64,000 bases of DNA, taken from the NCBI GenBank assembly GCA_964016885.1, contig OZ024761.1, forward strand, positions 30,814,001-30,878,000, read 5' to 3'. A model generated the notes under the pieces. It was given only the letters and a program-made list of their open reading frames with translations, had not been told where the DNA came from and did no database searches. This DNA comes from Eledone cirrhosa (lineage: Eukaryota). Shown here in pieces: positions 1 to 12,899 of this stretch. Positions within the stretch are counted from its first letter, which is position 1; every line of letters begins with the position of its first letter. Made by a program: the position numbers and the translations under genes.

Positions 1-117
1 AGTTAGATATTAAAATAATATTTGTTCTTCATTAAGGCTTATTGAGAGTTAATTATTGGGTAATTTTCATAACTCCGATTTGTCTAATGATTTTTGTCGT
101 TCCTGTAAATATTTTAG

Positions 118-2272
118 GTGTGAAATGGGATGGTTTTAACGATGACTGTTCCAGTAAGTCAATCAAGCAAACAGCTTCCTTGTGAAAATAACATGCAAGT
201 CGCTGAACATTCTAACAAAACATGTAGCCTTAACATAACGGAAGATTCAGCATTATTCAATGTCTGACAAGGCTGGCCCTTTAAATTACAAGGTACAATC
301 CATCTGATGAGCTTCTAAAGAGTTTCCATCTAGCCAATTTCTCTTAAAAAGTTTGGGTGTCTGTCTGTTGGCTTTGTACTTTTGTCATTCTATCTCCAGT
401 GGAGAGTCATAGAATTTTATAGAAAGTGGTGGTGTAGGTGTCACGACAAAAAGCATCCAGCACACACTGTAAATGTGGTTGGCAATAGGAAGGGCATCCA
501 GCTGTAGAAATCTAGCCAGAAACAGTTCTGTATGAGTAGGATATGGTCACCCGACCCAAATTACCTCAAATGGGACAACCCGTCTAACCCATGTTAGCGT
601 GGAAAGTGGACATTATATGATGATGATGATGATGATGATGATGATAGAGAGAAAGTGACGTCCAAATGAGTATTGTCTGGGTCATGGCCGACAGGATGGA
701 AAATACATTGCCCAAGAGGATGCTGAGGGAGATGCACTGGAACAGCCACACCACCTGGCGGGGTTCACCCCTGCGGGCAGCCAAATCCATTCCGATAGCA
801 GTGAGTATGGATGTGGTTCAGGGGCCAAGAACACCAGAAGTCTCCACTGCTACAGGCTCTACCACAAACCTATCTGAGAGCAGCCGATACTTGGACAGTT
901 AGCCTTCTTTGGCTTGGCGGGCAGCAAAGCCTGGGCTGGTAGCTGAATACACCAGGTTGCCACTTGAGTAGGTGTCACAGCATGTGGCATCTCAAATGAG
1001 AGACCTACCACAGCAAAATGGAAAGATTGTGATGCCGTCTGGCCTTTTGCCATCCCCCCAGTCCATGGTTTGACCTGAGAATATGGTAAAGGATACTTAG
1101 CCAAGATGAAACACAGAGGGATCAAACTATTGGTCAAATGATTGTGAAGTGGTCTCCTTAACCAATCAGCCATACTGTGTCCACATCACATCTATAAAAT
1201 GTCTATAAAATACACAAACCTGTGAAGCAAACTTCTTAACCATGTAGTAATACTAGAATTCATATTTTATATGACAAGGTTTTAAGGAAACTACTTACAC
1301 TCTCTTGAAATGCAATCTAAGTTTCATATTTACTCTCTTATTTAAATTAACATCTGTTTCACTTTGTTGTAGGTCCAGTTCAATATGGAACATTTTTGTA
1401 CTGTTTCTGATATGTGTGTGTGTCTTGCTGGTGTTGATTTTACTACTAACAAGTTCAGGTGGGTGTTTAAATACATTGATGCAACTATCCCACCACCACC
1501 ACCACTACCTCAATCCTGTGTCAGTATCAGAAATCATTACATTTGGCATAAAAATTAACCCTATTTTTGTTAACATATTTCTATTGAAACATACTTTTTA
1601 TTTTAAATAACAACTCATCTCTGACATGAATCCTCTCTTCGTAATGGATTTTTAAACCTGTAAATATTTGGGATAATTAAATTTGCTAAGGTAAAATTCT
1701 ATCGTTATCTTGACACCTTTAATTTTCAATGCATTGTATGGCTTTTAAACTTATTTAAATTCATATTTCCTATTCAATGTTGTCCATGGGACAGGCAATG
1801 GCCAATACAGATTGACACCAGTAACATTGCAACTCATTTCTAAAGCTGAGTGAACTGGAGTAACGCGAAATAAAGTGTCTTACTCAAGGACACAATGCAT
1901 TATCCAGTCCAATCCATTCACAACCTTACGATTACAAGCCTAATGCGCTAACCACAAAGTGATGCGCCTTCAAAGGACCCTTATTCTATACATATCTGTA
2001 GGATACTGCAGCACTTACATGTCAATTCATGAGTTGAATGTTGATCAAACAACTGAATTCTCTCCATCAAGACTGACAAAAGATTGATAAATGTCATGAT
2101 GTAAAGATAATTACAAATAATATTTATTTTCTTATTTGTTTCAGGCTGGTCTCAGATTCCAGTTGCCAGTTCTTTAAAGATTGGAAAAGGTCAAAATTCA
2201 ACAATGTACAACTCAACCCTTACAATTCCACTTACTAGAGAAGACAAAGGGGCTATAACTTCAAAATACTAA
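118..2272 (+). CDS. Candidate 3' exons of an unidentified upstream gene (118-153, 1373-1458, 2145-2272)
   Basis: AG/GT-bounded non-repetitive segments. 1373-1458 spliced to 2145 can read SSSIWNIFVLFLICVCVLLVLILLLTSSGWSQIP...SKY* (TM plus tail), but its phase does not match 118-153. Confidence 0.3.
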
Positions 2273-2291
2273 CAAATGCTGGCATTTTCAT

Positions 2292-2520
2292 TTAACCCTT
2301 TAACATTTACATTACTCTATATATACTATTGTATTTTTGTGGTAAACACTTTATCTCAAATGATTGTTTCAATAATATCGAATCTATGAGATTTTGATAT
2401 TATTTATTTTGAGAACAATACCTTAACATTAGTATGAGCAGCCGGTTATGACCGGTTTGAACAGACAGAGATGAAAAAATTCTGGCCAGATATGGGCGGT
2501 TTAAATGCTAAAGGGTTAAA
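2292..2520. mobile_element. piggyBac-like MITE (~220 bp); more copies at ~10206-10410, 22870-23085, 26626-26830, 31521-31734, 41435-41620, 45422-45750, 48127-48630, 48984-49185, 56838-57222, 58398-58612, 61700-61914, 63780-63921
   Basis: TTAA-CCCTTTAGCATTT ... AAATGCTAAAGGG-TTAA termini (TTAA TSD, CCC start). Confidence 0.85.
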
Positions 2521-2738
2521 TTAATTTTTTTTTAAATACAAAAAAAAACAAAAAAAAACTACCATTTCAAATAACGAACATTAATTTTTGGTAAGGAAAT
2601 CTTTGTTTAGATTGGTTGTCCCATTCAAATCCTCGTTGTGAATTCAAAAGAGAGAGTGAAATCACTTTTTGAACTGTTATAAAGCAACAAATTCACAGAG
2701 TCGTTAGAATGTCACATAGAATGTTCTTAATTCTCTAT

Positions 2739-2816
<78 letters not shown>

Positions 2817-4880
2817 TTCTCAGGAAGAAATTGGCTGTGATAAGATCTGGAGAGGAGATGGGCTCTGCCAGGTTTAAAATGTCTAAGAAACTTTGTATGT
2901 CATTACGGGGCTCCTATGAATTAATCAGGAGTTAAGGGTACATACATATATACTATACATACCATATATTCATACATACATACAATACCACACATATATA
3001 CCTGATCAAACATACATGCATACATACCATACATACTTATATACCATATATACATACCATATATACATAGATATATACTATACCATACCTACATGCATAT
3101 ACCTCACTTCATATTAATTTATTTAAATAAAGGTTACAAAATTATTTTTTTCCTTTTATTTTAATGGTTTCAAAATTCCTTCTCCCATGATGCATTAGTT
3201 TTCTAACCATGACTTAGCAGAAAAAAAAACGTCATTTTGTGTGTGTGTGATGGGGTTTCTTTTTTTTTAAATTTTATTTTCATCTGGAAAAAGGGGCTGT
3301 GACACTGGCTTTCCCAGCAACTCTCAGTCAGGTGGAACCCCACAAAGTGGTGTGACTATTCCAGCACATCTCCCTTGCCGTCCCCTGGGACAATATATTC
3401 CCCATCCTGTCGGCCGAGACCAAAGAGGCAGGAGGTTATTCAGTTGGAGGTGGAGGATACTCGTTCGGACATCATATATATACATACATACTCAACTCCT
3501 TGCATATAGAGTATTTAACTATCAACATTCACACTACAGTTGAATCTAACTTTAATATCAGCAACTTCTAGACAGCTTCAATTAGACAAGGATCTATTCT
3601 TTGTTCATGATAAATAAGTAAATAATTAGTCCTTTCTATCTAACTCTGGCACAAAGCTAGCATATTCGACACTCAGTACTTAACTGGCAGTTTGTCTTAT
3701 CAACTCTGGAAATATTGGTTTCTTAAATAGGCACAAGGCCAGCAATTTTAGGGGAGGGGAAAGTCGATTAAATCGACCCCAGTGCGTGGCAGGTATTTTA
3801 TTTTATCGACCCCATAAGGATGTAAGGCAAAGTTAACCTTGGCAGGATTTGAACTCAGCTGATAAAGGGCCGTAACTCTATGTTGTAAAGCATGGCGTCC
3901 GACCCTCTACCAATACAGCCAATCCACCACCCTATCAACCCTGGAAATATTAAAAGGCAAAATTGACCTTAGCAGGATTTGAACTAAGGTCATAAGTGTA
4001 TTGCTCCGATCATTTACAGGCGTGCAAACATTCATAATTTTTCTACAAAAATTTTTATGCATGCCAATCATTATTATGACATCTTTATTCATTATTGTGT
4101 TGTACATATTTTATTATGTATTATGTAATTTTGGGGGAGGGGAAAGTCAATTAAATTGACACCAGTGCATTACTGGTACATTATTTTATCGACCCCGTAA
4201 GGATGAAAGGCAAATCTAACCTCAGCAGGATCTGAACTTAGGACATAAATGAATGAATGAAAGGCAAAACTTGGTGGGATTTGAACTCTAAACATAATAG
4301 GCCATAACTAAATGTCACAAAGTATTTTATCCGACGCTCTACCGATTCTGCCAATTCACAGACGTCTTATGTGGGAAAAAAATATACATTAAATGTTAAC
4401 AACTGTTATGAGTTTCAGATGACAGCTGTATCATATAATTTAGTCGTCATGCTGGTAATTTTGACAAACAGCTCAACTTTCTTATATATAAACTGAATGA
4501 AGATTTAAACAAAAATCTTCTATACTCAATGTAAGTGCATATCTATCTAGGTTCTTTTCAATGGCTGATAATACCTTACCGGTGCTACTTGAGTAAGGTA
4601 ATTATTTAACCCATAAATGGGGCCCTAACTGGTACTACTACTCCGGACCAGAGCAGACCTGGGAGTGATAACAACCAAGGGGTAACTCCACATTCCCCAC
4701 AGCCCCTGAACTCCTAAAGTTCATATATAAGTGCATAACTTATATATAATAACACTGATACATGGTGGAGAGTACATTTAAATCTTCACAGGCTACCTCA
4801 CCGACAGGTTTGACTTCATGTCTTGTAATAAAACTTCAAATTCTGGTCAGCTGTTTATAAAACTCTCTCTATATATATAG

Positions 4881-5810
4881 TTGGAAGCAAGAGGACTGAG
4901 AGTGAACCTAGCTAAGACAAAAGTGTTGATGAGTAGAAAAGAGGACAAAACCCTGATTCCGTCAGGGAAATGGCCATGTTCGATATGCAGAAAAGGAACT
5001 GACATAAATTCTATAAAATGCACACAATGCAGATCCTGGGTACACAAGAGATGTAGTGGGATAGCAGGCAAACTAACAGGTAGGGAGAAATATGTATGCA
5101 GTAGATGTACAGGGAAATTAGACAGTAGAAGTTGCATTGATAGACACATTTTTCAAATGCAGGAGGGCGCTATAGAAGTGGTGGATAGCTTCCGGTACCT
5201 AGGAGATCAGATTAGCATGGGAGGAGGGTGTTCCGAGGCCATAGTATCTAGAATAAGGACGGGTTGGAAGAAGTTTAGGGAGCTGCTTCCTCTGTTGACG
5301 AAGAAGGGTTTCTCCCTGCATACGAAAGGCCGGTTGTACGATGCCTGTGTGAGGAGCGCGATGCTGCATGGTAGTGAGACATGGGCAGCAACTGCAGAGG
5401 ATATGCGATGGCTGGAGAGAAATGAGGCAAGCATGCTCCGTTGGATGTGCAGTGTAAATGTGCGTGAACGACCCAGCATAAATGTGTAGAGAGAGAAACT
5501 GTGTCTGAGAGGGATAGAATGTAGTGTACGGGAGAGGAGACTGAGGTGGTATGGACATGTGATGCGCATGGAGGATGACCGATGGGTGAAGAAGTGCCAG
5601 GAAATGCCAGTTGAAGGAAGACGTGGTAGAGGTAGACCACGAAAAACATGGGCGGAGGTGGTGAGAACAGACCTTAGATCATTGAAGCTCACGGTGGAGA
5701 TGACGAAGGACCGTGACGAGTGGAGAGATGCTGTGCTGAATAAGACCCGTCCCACCCTTACAAGCAGGGAAAAGCGGACGTAAAATGATGATGATGATGA
5801 TGATGATGAT
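4881..5810 (+). mobile_element. 5'-truncated RTE-clade LINE (RT C-terminus with Cys/His zinc finger, (GAT)n tail)
   Basis: GLRVNLAKTKV, CSIC..C..C..WVH..C..C..C, FRYLG, WYGHV, RGRGRPRKTW; internal stop; tail GCGGACGTAAAA(TGA)n. Confidence 0.92.
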
Positions 5811-6236
5811 GTAAAAGGTAAACAGAAATAACAACACAATCGGTACAGTATATGGAAGGGTTATATCAAGGGATATAATGCTTGTTATAGTGAGAAGAGG
5901 GTCTTAGAGTTTCGGAAGCCAGTCCTTCATCAGAAGAAAGAATGAGAAATAAGTTAAATTGAGGGGACGGGCGGATTGGAATTGGAAAAAATGTCTTTAG
6001 ATAAAAATAACAGGTCCATTCATGTTGACATCTCTTAAACATGAAATGTTCCAAGAGGAAATTTAGTAATTTATAAAGAGCTTATGAATGTGAACATGTG
6101 TAAAACTAACTGGAAAGTAGATGTTGTTTATGGCATTTCTGATATTATATTTTGGAATTTGAGTGTGAAATATTATTTTAGGCATACATATGCCATATGG
6201 TAAACTGGGTGTACATTTAATATTTATGAAGTGTTA

Positions 6237-6237
<1 letters not shown>

Positions 6238-6304
<67 letters not shown>

Positions 6305-6563
6305 TATATACATATATATATATACATATATATATACACATACATACCTACATACATATATATATATACACACATACACATATACATACATACATACATA
6401 TACATATATACATACATATACATATACATATATATATATATATATATATACATACACATACATAAATATATGTTAATCACCAGCACTGGAGATGTATATA
6501 TATATATATATATACATACACACACATATATATATATATATATACACATATATACACACACAC

Positions 6564-6618
<55 letters not shown>

Positions 6619-6621
6619 CAT

Positions 6622-6662
<41 letters not shown>

Positions 6663-6681
6663 TACACACACACACATATAT

Positions 6682-6761
<80 letters not shown>

Positions 6762-6870
6762 TCACACACATGTATACATATTTCGATATCTTCATACATA
6801 CATATACAAACATTTATATAAATATATATAGAAAGAGATAGGCATAGTACCTTACATACATACACACAAG
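6238..6870. repeat. Compound (TA)n/(CA)n microsatellite; similar tracts at ~8645-8730, 10500-10560, 14230-14390, 15240-15450, 15888-16160, 23970-24205, 42440-42520
   Basis: Direct inspection. Confidence 0.97.
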
Positions 6871-8641
6871 TATAGAAATTAAAATGCTGTCAGAAAGGAT
6901 ATATGCTATAAATATCTTAAGAAAAATAACACACACCCAAATTTAAACTATATAATCTTTGCCCCATTCCCAGCTGCCATCTTACCGCCACACATGTTTG
7001 TATTTATAAATCCTTTACGGGCTCTAAACCAAAATCTTCCTGCAGCTGTCACATAGATAGAGAGGGCTCTTCAGTTGAATCAATGATTGAAACCTTCCTA
7101 GTGCTGATTCAATGAGAAATGCACCCTGTACACACTGTAAGGTGGTCAGCAATAGGAAGAGCATCCTGCTGTAGAAACCTTGCCATGGGGTCTTGAGGAC
7201 TCTCCAATGTAGGTGATTTACATGATAAATGCACATGATAAATGTAAAGTGGCTGGTGATAGGAAATGCATCCCACTGAGGAAACTTTGCCAAAATGTTT
7301 GAGAAGACTCTTCAGTTGCATGGCAACATCTCCAGTGCTGGTGAATAACATGATAAACATACCCAGTACACTCTGTGAAGTGGCTAGTAATAGCAAAGGT
7401 ATCTAGCCATAGAAAAAGCTGAAGCATGGAACAAACTACCTGCATCAGTTGTTAGCTGTCGAGACACTGCATCCTTTAAGGCCTCCATGCTTCCCGAGAT
7501 CCGCCAACACTACAGCTAACACATACAAACATGTACTTCCCTGGCATTTGTGTATTATTCTATGTACTATATTGACGAGTTGTAGTGCACCTGAGCACTT
7601 TACACAATAATTTCATTATTATTATTATTATAAAACCTGCCAAAGTGTTGGAAGAATATGTCAGTTGTGTCAAAGACATGACAACTTCCCTAGTGTGGGT
7701 GCCACGATAAAATGAACTCAGTAGAACGTTGGACCATACGTAATCGAAAAAACAAATGCTCATCCACAGCCTATTTGGGAGGTTAATGGACCCCCCCCCC
7801 CAACATCCACCACCACCACCATCACTTCAGTACTGTCTTAATCTGTGAAGACCCAAGACCCGGCTAGCCCTTGCTAGCAGGGTAAGCAGCCGTTAAATGA
7901 TAATGATGATGGTGATGATGATGATACTTTATATTTTGTTATTTTCCATATCTGCTTGCACTGTGATACACTCCCTTAATCTGCTGTCAAATGAAGTCAT
8001 AACAATATCAACACCTTCTTGTGTAGATTCATTTGTTGTTTTTGTATTTTTTGTGCAGTTCACGTCGAATGAAATTATTGTATGTATTAAGGTCATAGTA
8101 TATACGTTTGATGTTTTCTCTGCTTTTACTATGATACGGTTGGTGCTTCTTAGTTTTTTTAGTAGTGTATTTAGTGGTTATAAACAAAGCATTGGAGATC
8201 GATTGACGCAACATGAAGCGAGTAGCGAACCCTAGACCTACCAGATCAAAGAAACAATTGTCAGCAATGTGAATAAAGCCCTTATTGTACCATGTCACTC
8301 TTCTTTCTTGAATTATATATATATATAAAAATAACAGATTAAAGTTTAAGCAAAGAATCGCTGCTTTCACCCTTAATGGGATCTTCTGAAAATAAAAAAA
8401 TCAATCTGTGAATGCAGAAGTAAATATTTCAAAAAACATTGCAGCCGAAGGAAAACAGGAAGACGATACTTTGGTTCGTGAAGATGTTCCCTGACAACGA
8501 ACGAAAAAAAACGAAGATAATACGTCGTTATGTGGAGTGGTGAGAACAAATACATGCAAAGACAAAGGGTTCTTATATATTTGATATATATTTATCCTTA
8601 TTGAGCCCTCTCTGGATTTTAGTCTTCACGTTTATTATTAT

Positions 8642-8732
<91 letters not shown>

Positions 8733-9478
8733 CTGGTATCTATCTGTTTATGGCAGAGCCAATAATATTGTTAGAACTCCATGCAGTCTTGAAGAGATGA
8801 TTTCAACAAGATCATGTGGTGAGAGCTATAGTTTTTGTAGTAAGTTTTCATTGCATCAGGTTCCATCGAAGTTACTAATCAAGTTACAATTATATATATA
8901 TATATATATATATATAAATATATATGTTTTGAACAACAAAAATAAAACAAAAGCCAAAGATAGGTTCTCAATTAGTTCATCGTTTTACGATCATTTCAGA
9001 GGGTTGATTGATCATGATTATTTGATATATTGACTAATAGATAGAGGTTATGCCACCACCTATTTCTATATCACCATCTTCCTCAGAAACTATCTCTCTT
9101 TCTCTCAATATATATATAGGGAGTGTAACATGCAGTTACTGTAGGTTCACCTGAGTGAACATTCAATGCGTAGTTTTCTGTCTGTAACGAGATGTAGAAC
9201 TAAACAGAATGTAAATATAATAATAAAAGGACGATTTGTTAAGCCTTCATTACGCTTATTGAGTAGTGACGTGCATTTCACTATTGATCAGCTCAAGGCT
9301 TGACCTGTATCGATCTGGTCCGACTCTGGAATCAAAAGCTCGTCGGACCTCTGCTGTGGTAATGACAGAATGAACATATAGAACCTAGCGAGGTCTGTAA
9401 TGATTCACATATTGTGGTCAGTTCCTGTTGTTTTGATTAATAGTTTTGCTATGAGGAATGTTTATATATATATATATA

Positions 9479-9818
9479 TGGGGGCACATGGCTTAGTGGT
9501 TAGAGCATTGGCCTTGCAATCGAAAGGTTGTGAGTTCAATTCTCAGACCAGGTGATGTGTTGTTTCCTTGAGCAAGACACTTTATTTCACATTGCTCCAG
9601 TTTACTCAGCTGTAGAAATGAGATGATAGGGACTGGGGTCCCTATCATTCCACTGCAAAGTGGACGTGGAGGTGCCACGGCAAAAAAGCACCCAGCACTC
9701 GCTGTAAATGAGGTTGGTGTTAGGAAGGGCATCCAGCTGTAGAAATCAAGCCAGAATCAGTTCCCGTCCCACCCTTGCAAGCAGGGAAAAGTGGACGTAA
9801 AATGAAATGATGATGATG
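9479..9818 (+). mobile_element. tRNA-derived SINE (~340 bp); copies at ~14918-15240(+), 16737-17084(-), 24207-24545(-), 32087-32434(-), 48200-48530(-), 54712-54920(+, deleted), 55100-55315(-, truncated)
   Basis: A box TGGCTTAGTGG, B box GAGTTCAATTC, internal hairpin GATAGGGAC-TGGG-GTCCCTATC, RTE-like tail and (GAT)n; copies very similar to each other. Confidence 0.92.
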
Positions 9819-10499
9819 AAATGATATACACACGCACAGAAATACATAGTATATCTAAATGCATGTAAGGAAGTAAATTGGTAGGGTCAGTTGAATATCA
9901 GACAATGCTTCATGGTATTCGTTCAGGCTCTCTGAATTCAAATCCCATGAAGGTCAACTGCGCTGTTCATCTTTTCAAAGTTGATAAATATAGTACCAGT
10001 CAAGCATTGGGGTTGCGTGATGTGTTATTGAGCAAAACACTTCATTTCACATTGCTCCAGTATACTCAGCTGAAAATGAGTACCAGCAATAGCTGGGGGT
10101 TTAATCCTGCGATGGACTGGCATCCTGTCCAGGGGGGAAGTCTTGATTCTTAGCCACTTCACGCCATGAAACCGGGATAAGCACCGGCCAAATGAGCCGT
10201 CTGGCTTAACCCTTTAATGTTCAAACCGGCCAAAATTCTCTACCTTTTTCTGTTGAAACTGGCTGTAACTAGTCACTCAAACTGATGTTAAGGTATTGTT
10301 CTCAAAATAAATACTTTCAAAATCTCATAGATTCGATATTATGTGAGATAAAGCATTTACCATGAAAAGAAAATAGTATATATAGAGTTATGTGAATGCT
10401 AAAGGGTTAAGACAGACTATAGACTTTACATATATACTGAAGTAACAATAAATACAAAGACCATAATTCAGAGATGACACAATAAAAGTTGAATATGCG

Positions 10500-10565
<66 letters not shown>

Positions 10566-11279
10566 AGAGAGTGGGTCTGTGAGAAAAGCGTGTATATGTG
10601 TAATATGAAACTTGATAATTAGTAAACCATGAAAAATCAGTCAGAGTAATTTGTGTCTGTGTGTGTCAGTTATGGAAATATCATATGAGGTGTGTGCGTG
10701 TGCGCATGTGAATGTATATGTATATGTATGTGTGTGTGCCTGTGTGTGCAAGCATATCTGATATGAGCATGTGTGTGTAAATGAGAATATGTATGTATGT
10801 GCATGTGTATACATGTGTGTGTTTTGAAAGTAATCCAAGTCCTGCTATAATATATCATATGCCTTCATACATCTCCAGTTCTTACACTGCTGGGATCAGT
10901 GTTTTGTTGGTTTCTACCTGCAGATATAAAATACAAGACCTACCACCAAACCACTGATGGGTCTTCCATCAGTTTTCATGATGAGCCTTCACTGGTTTGA
11001 TCAATTCTGACACTCTGAGTCAATCCAAATTGGGAATTACCATGTAAATAAATAGTTGAGAGTTCCACATATAGATGTATATGTTACTCTTTTACCTGTT
11101 CCAGCCATCCGGCCGAGGCCATGCTGGGGCAGTATAAGAGATATGTAAAATCCTGACTGCAGGGCCAAATGGATTTGGCTTGTGTGTTGGGAATTTACAT
11201 GTCTCTATCCCCACTTTGCTTCTCCCCGTGCATTGAGTACTCCCATGATTAGTGGTCTCCTTGGTCTCAGCACTGCAGA

Positions 11280-11312
<33 letters not shown>

Positions 11313-11795
11313 CATACACATACACACACACACACGTTAAGTATTTCCATGGAAAAAGGTAAAGGAAAGAAGAGTGCTCTATGTATAGTACAGAGCTATT
11401 TAATTATATAATAAACAACACAATATAATTATTCCATTACCCAAGGTTTCACGAAGTCAGGCGATCCTAACAGAGGTGTCTGGATCTGTTCACGCCTGTT
11501 AGAATCGTCTGACTTCGTGAAACCTTGGGTAATGGAATAATTATATTGTGTTGTTTATTATATAAATAAATAAATATATATTTCATTTTAATTTATCCTT
11601 TAATTATAATGTATTTCCCAAACCTTTTGTAGTTTATGTTTTTGACACTAGTGGTCTTATACCCCCTGTAATTAAAAACACACTCTCCTGTGTATTTTCC
11701 TCTCTATATTGTATTTTGAAATGCCCAGGAATTTTTTCCTTTGAGCTCATTAAATTACAGGGATAAACACATGACCTTTACTCCATTACTTTACT

Positions 11796-11850
<55 letters not shown>

Positions 11851-11854
11851 TACA

Positions 11855-12150
11855 TCATCATTTTACGTCCGCTTTTCCCTGCTTGCAAGGGTTGGATGGG
11901 TCCTATTCAGCACAACATCTCTCCACTTGTCATGGTCCTTCGTCATCTCCTCAGTGAGTTTCAGCAATCTGAGGTCTGCTCTCACCACCTCCGCCCATGT
12001 TTTTCGTGGTCTACCTCTAATGCGTCTTTCTTCTACTGGGATTTCTTGGCACTTCTTTACCCAGCGGTCATCCTCCATGCGTATCACATGTCCATACCAT
12101 CTCAGCCTTCTCTCCTTCACACCACAACTTATCCCTCTTATACCCATATA
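11855..12150 (-). mobile_element. RTE LINE 3' fragment; further fragments at ~14010-14225(-), 15450-15890(-), 23820-23965(-), 26100-26340(-), 31050-31420(+)
   Basis: RRLRWYGHV..RGRPRKTW and the shared 3' tail. Confidence 0.85.
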
Positions 12151-12330
12151 TATAATATAGGTGATCACTAATCTGAGTAGATCAATGCTAGAGTCTGGTC
12201 CATAGCTTCCATTAGTGACCTTGAACCAATCATCAGTTAAACATGCATAACAGGTTGATACTCAATAAAAATATAAATACACGTAAACGAAACTTCATTT
12301 TTTCTTATTATTATTATTATTATATATATA

Positions 12331-12888
12331 CAGGGGTTGGACAAAATAATGGAAACACCTAGCATCATAATTTTGAAAATCTATAAAACCAGCAAAAGCT
12401 TGTTTATTTTTATGTTTTTTGATTTATTATTAGTGTTGCTTAATATGTTTTGTTAAAATTACTCTTTTTTTTCAGATATCATCAGAAAAAGGTAATTAAA
12501 ATTCATTAAAATGACAGATCTATCGGACTTTCAAAGGGGTCAAATTGTTGGTGCTCATATGGCAGGCGCTAGTGTAACGAAAACAGCCGAAATGTTTGGT
12601 GTATCAAGAAGTACTGTCTCAAAAGTAATGACAGCCTTTGAGAAAGAGAGAAAAACCTCCTTGTCGAAACAAAACTCCAGAAGAAAACCAAAACTTTCAG
12701 ATAGGGACCGCCGGACTCTTACACGAATTGTCAGAAAGGATCACGAAAGTACAGCTCCCAAAATTACTGCAGAGCTTAATGACCACCTCGAAAACAATAA
12801 AAATAAACAACCTTTTGACGGTTTTATAGATATTTCAAAATTATGATGCTATGATGCTAGGTGTTTCCATTATTTTGTCCAACCCCTG
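12331..12888 (+). mobile_element. Internally deleted Tc1/mariner element
   Basis: TIRs CAGGGGTTGGACAAAATAATGGAAACACCTAGCATCATA, TA flanks; ORF 12511-12846 encodes only the paired-like HTH N-terminus (DLSDFQRGQIVGA..GVSRSTVSKV..RKPKL); no DDE domain. Confidence 0.92.
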
Positions 12889-12899
12889 TATATATAATA

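Noticed and set aside
300-330. CTGATGA motifs at ~304 and ~30024-30030 (minus) as hammerhead cores
   Set aside because: No convincing stem II followed by GAAA and stem I; both lie within SINE-like sequence.
584-1173. ORFs of 68-104 aa, and the related segment at ~3300-3475
   Set aside because: The two regions are diverged copies of one repeat in opposite orientation, probably decayed retroelement sequence; no splice-supported gene.
6190-6865. Many YI/HT/CV-rich ORFs (also ~15100-16750, 23800-24300)
   Set aside because: Translations of (TA)n/(CA)n microsatellites, not genes.
7897-8370. Overlapping 112-aa (+) and 113-aa (-) ORFs
   Set aside because: The plus ORF starts in a (GAT)n retroposon tail; neither shows a recognisable domain or clear splice support.
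9479-9555. tRNA-like sequence with A and B boxes
   Set aside because: SINE head without a complete cloverleaf or acceptor stem; continues into the SINE body.
9493-9732. Recurrent 79-aa [13 protein letters not shown]...QCSNH (several copies)
   Set aside because: Antisense reading of the SINE; recurrence reflects SINE copy number.
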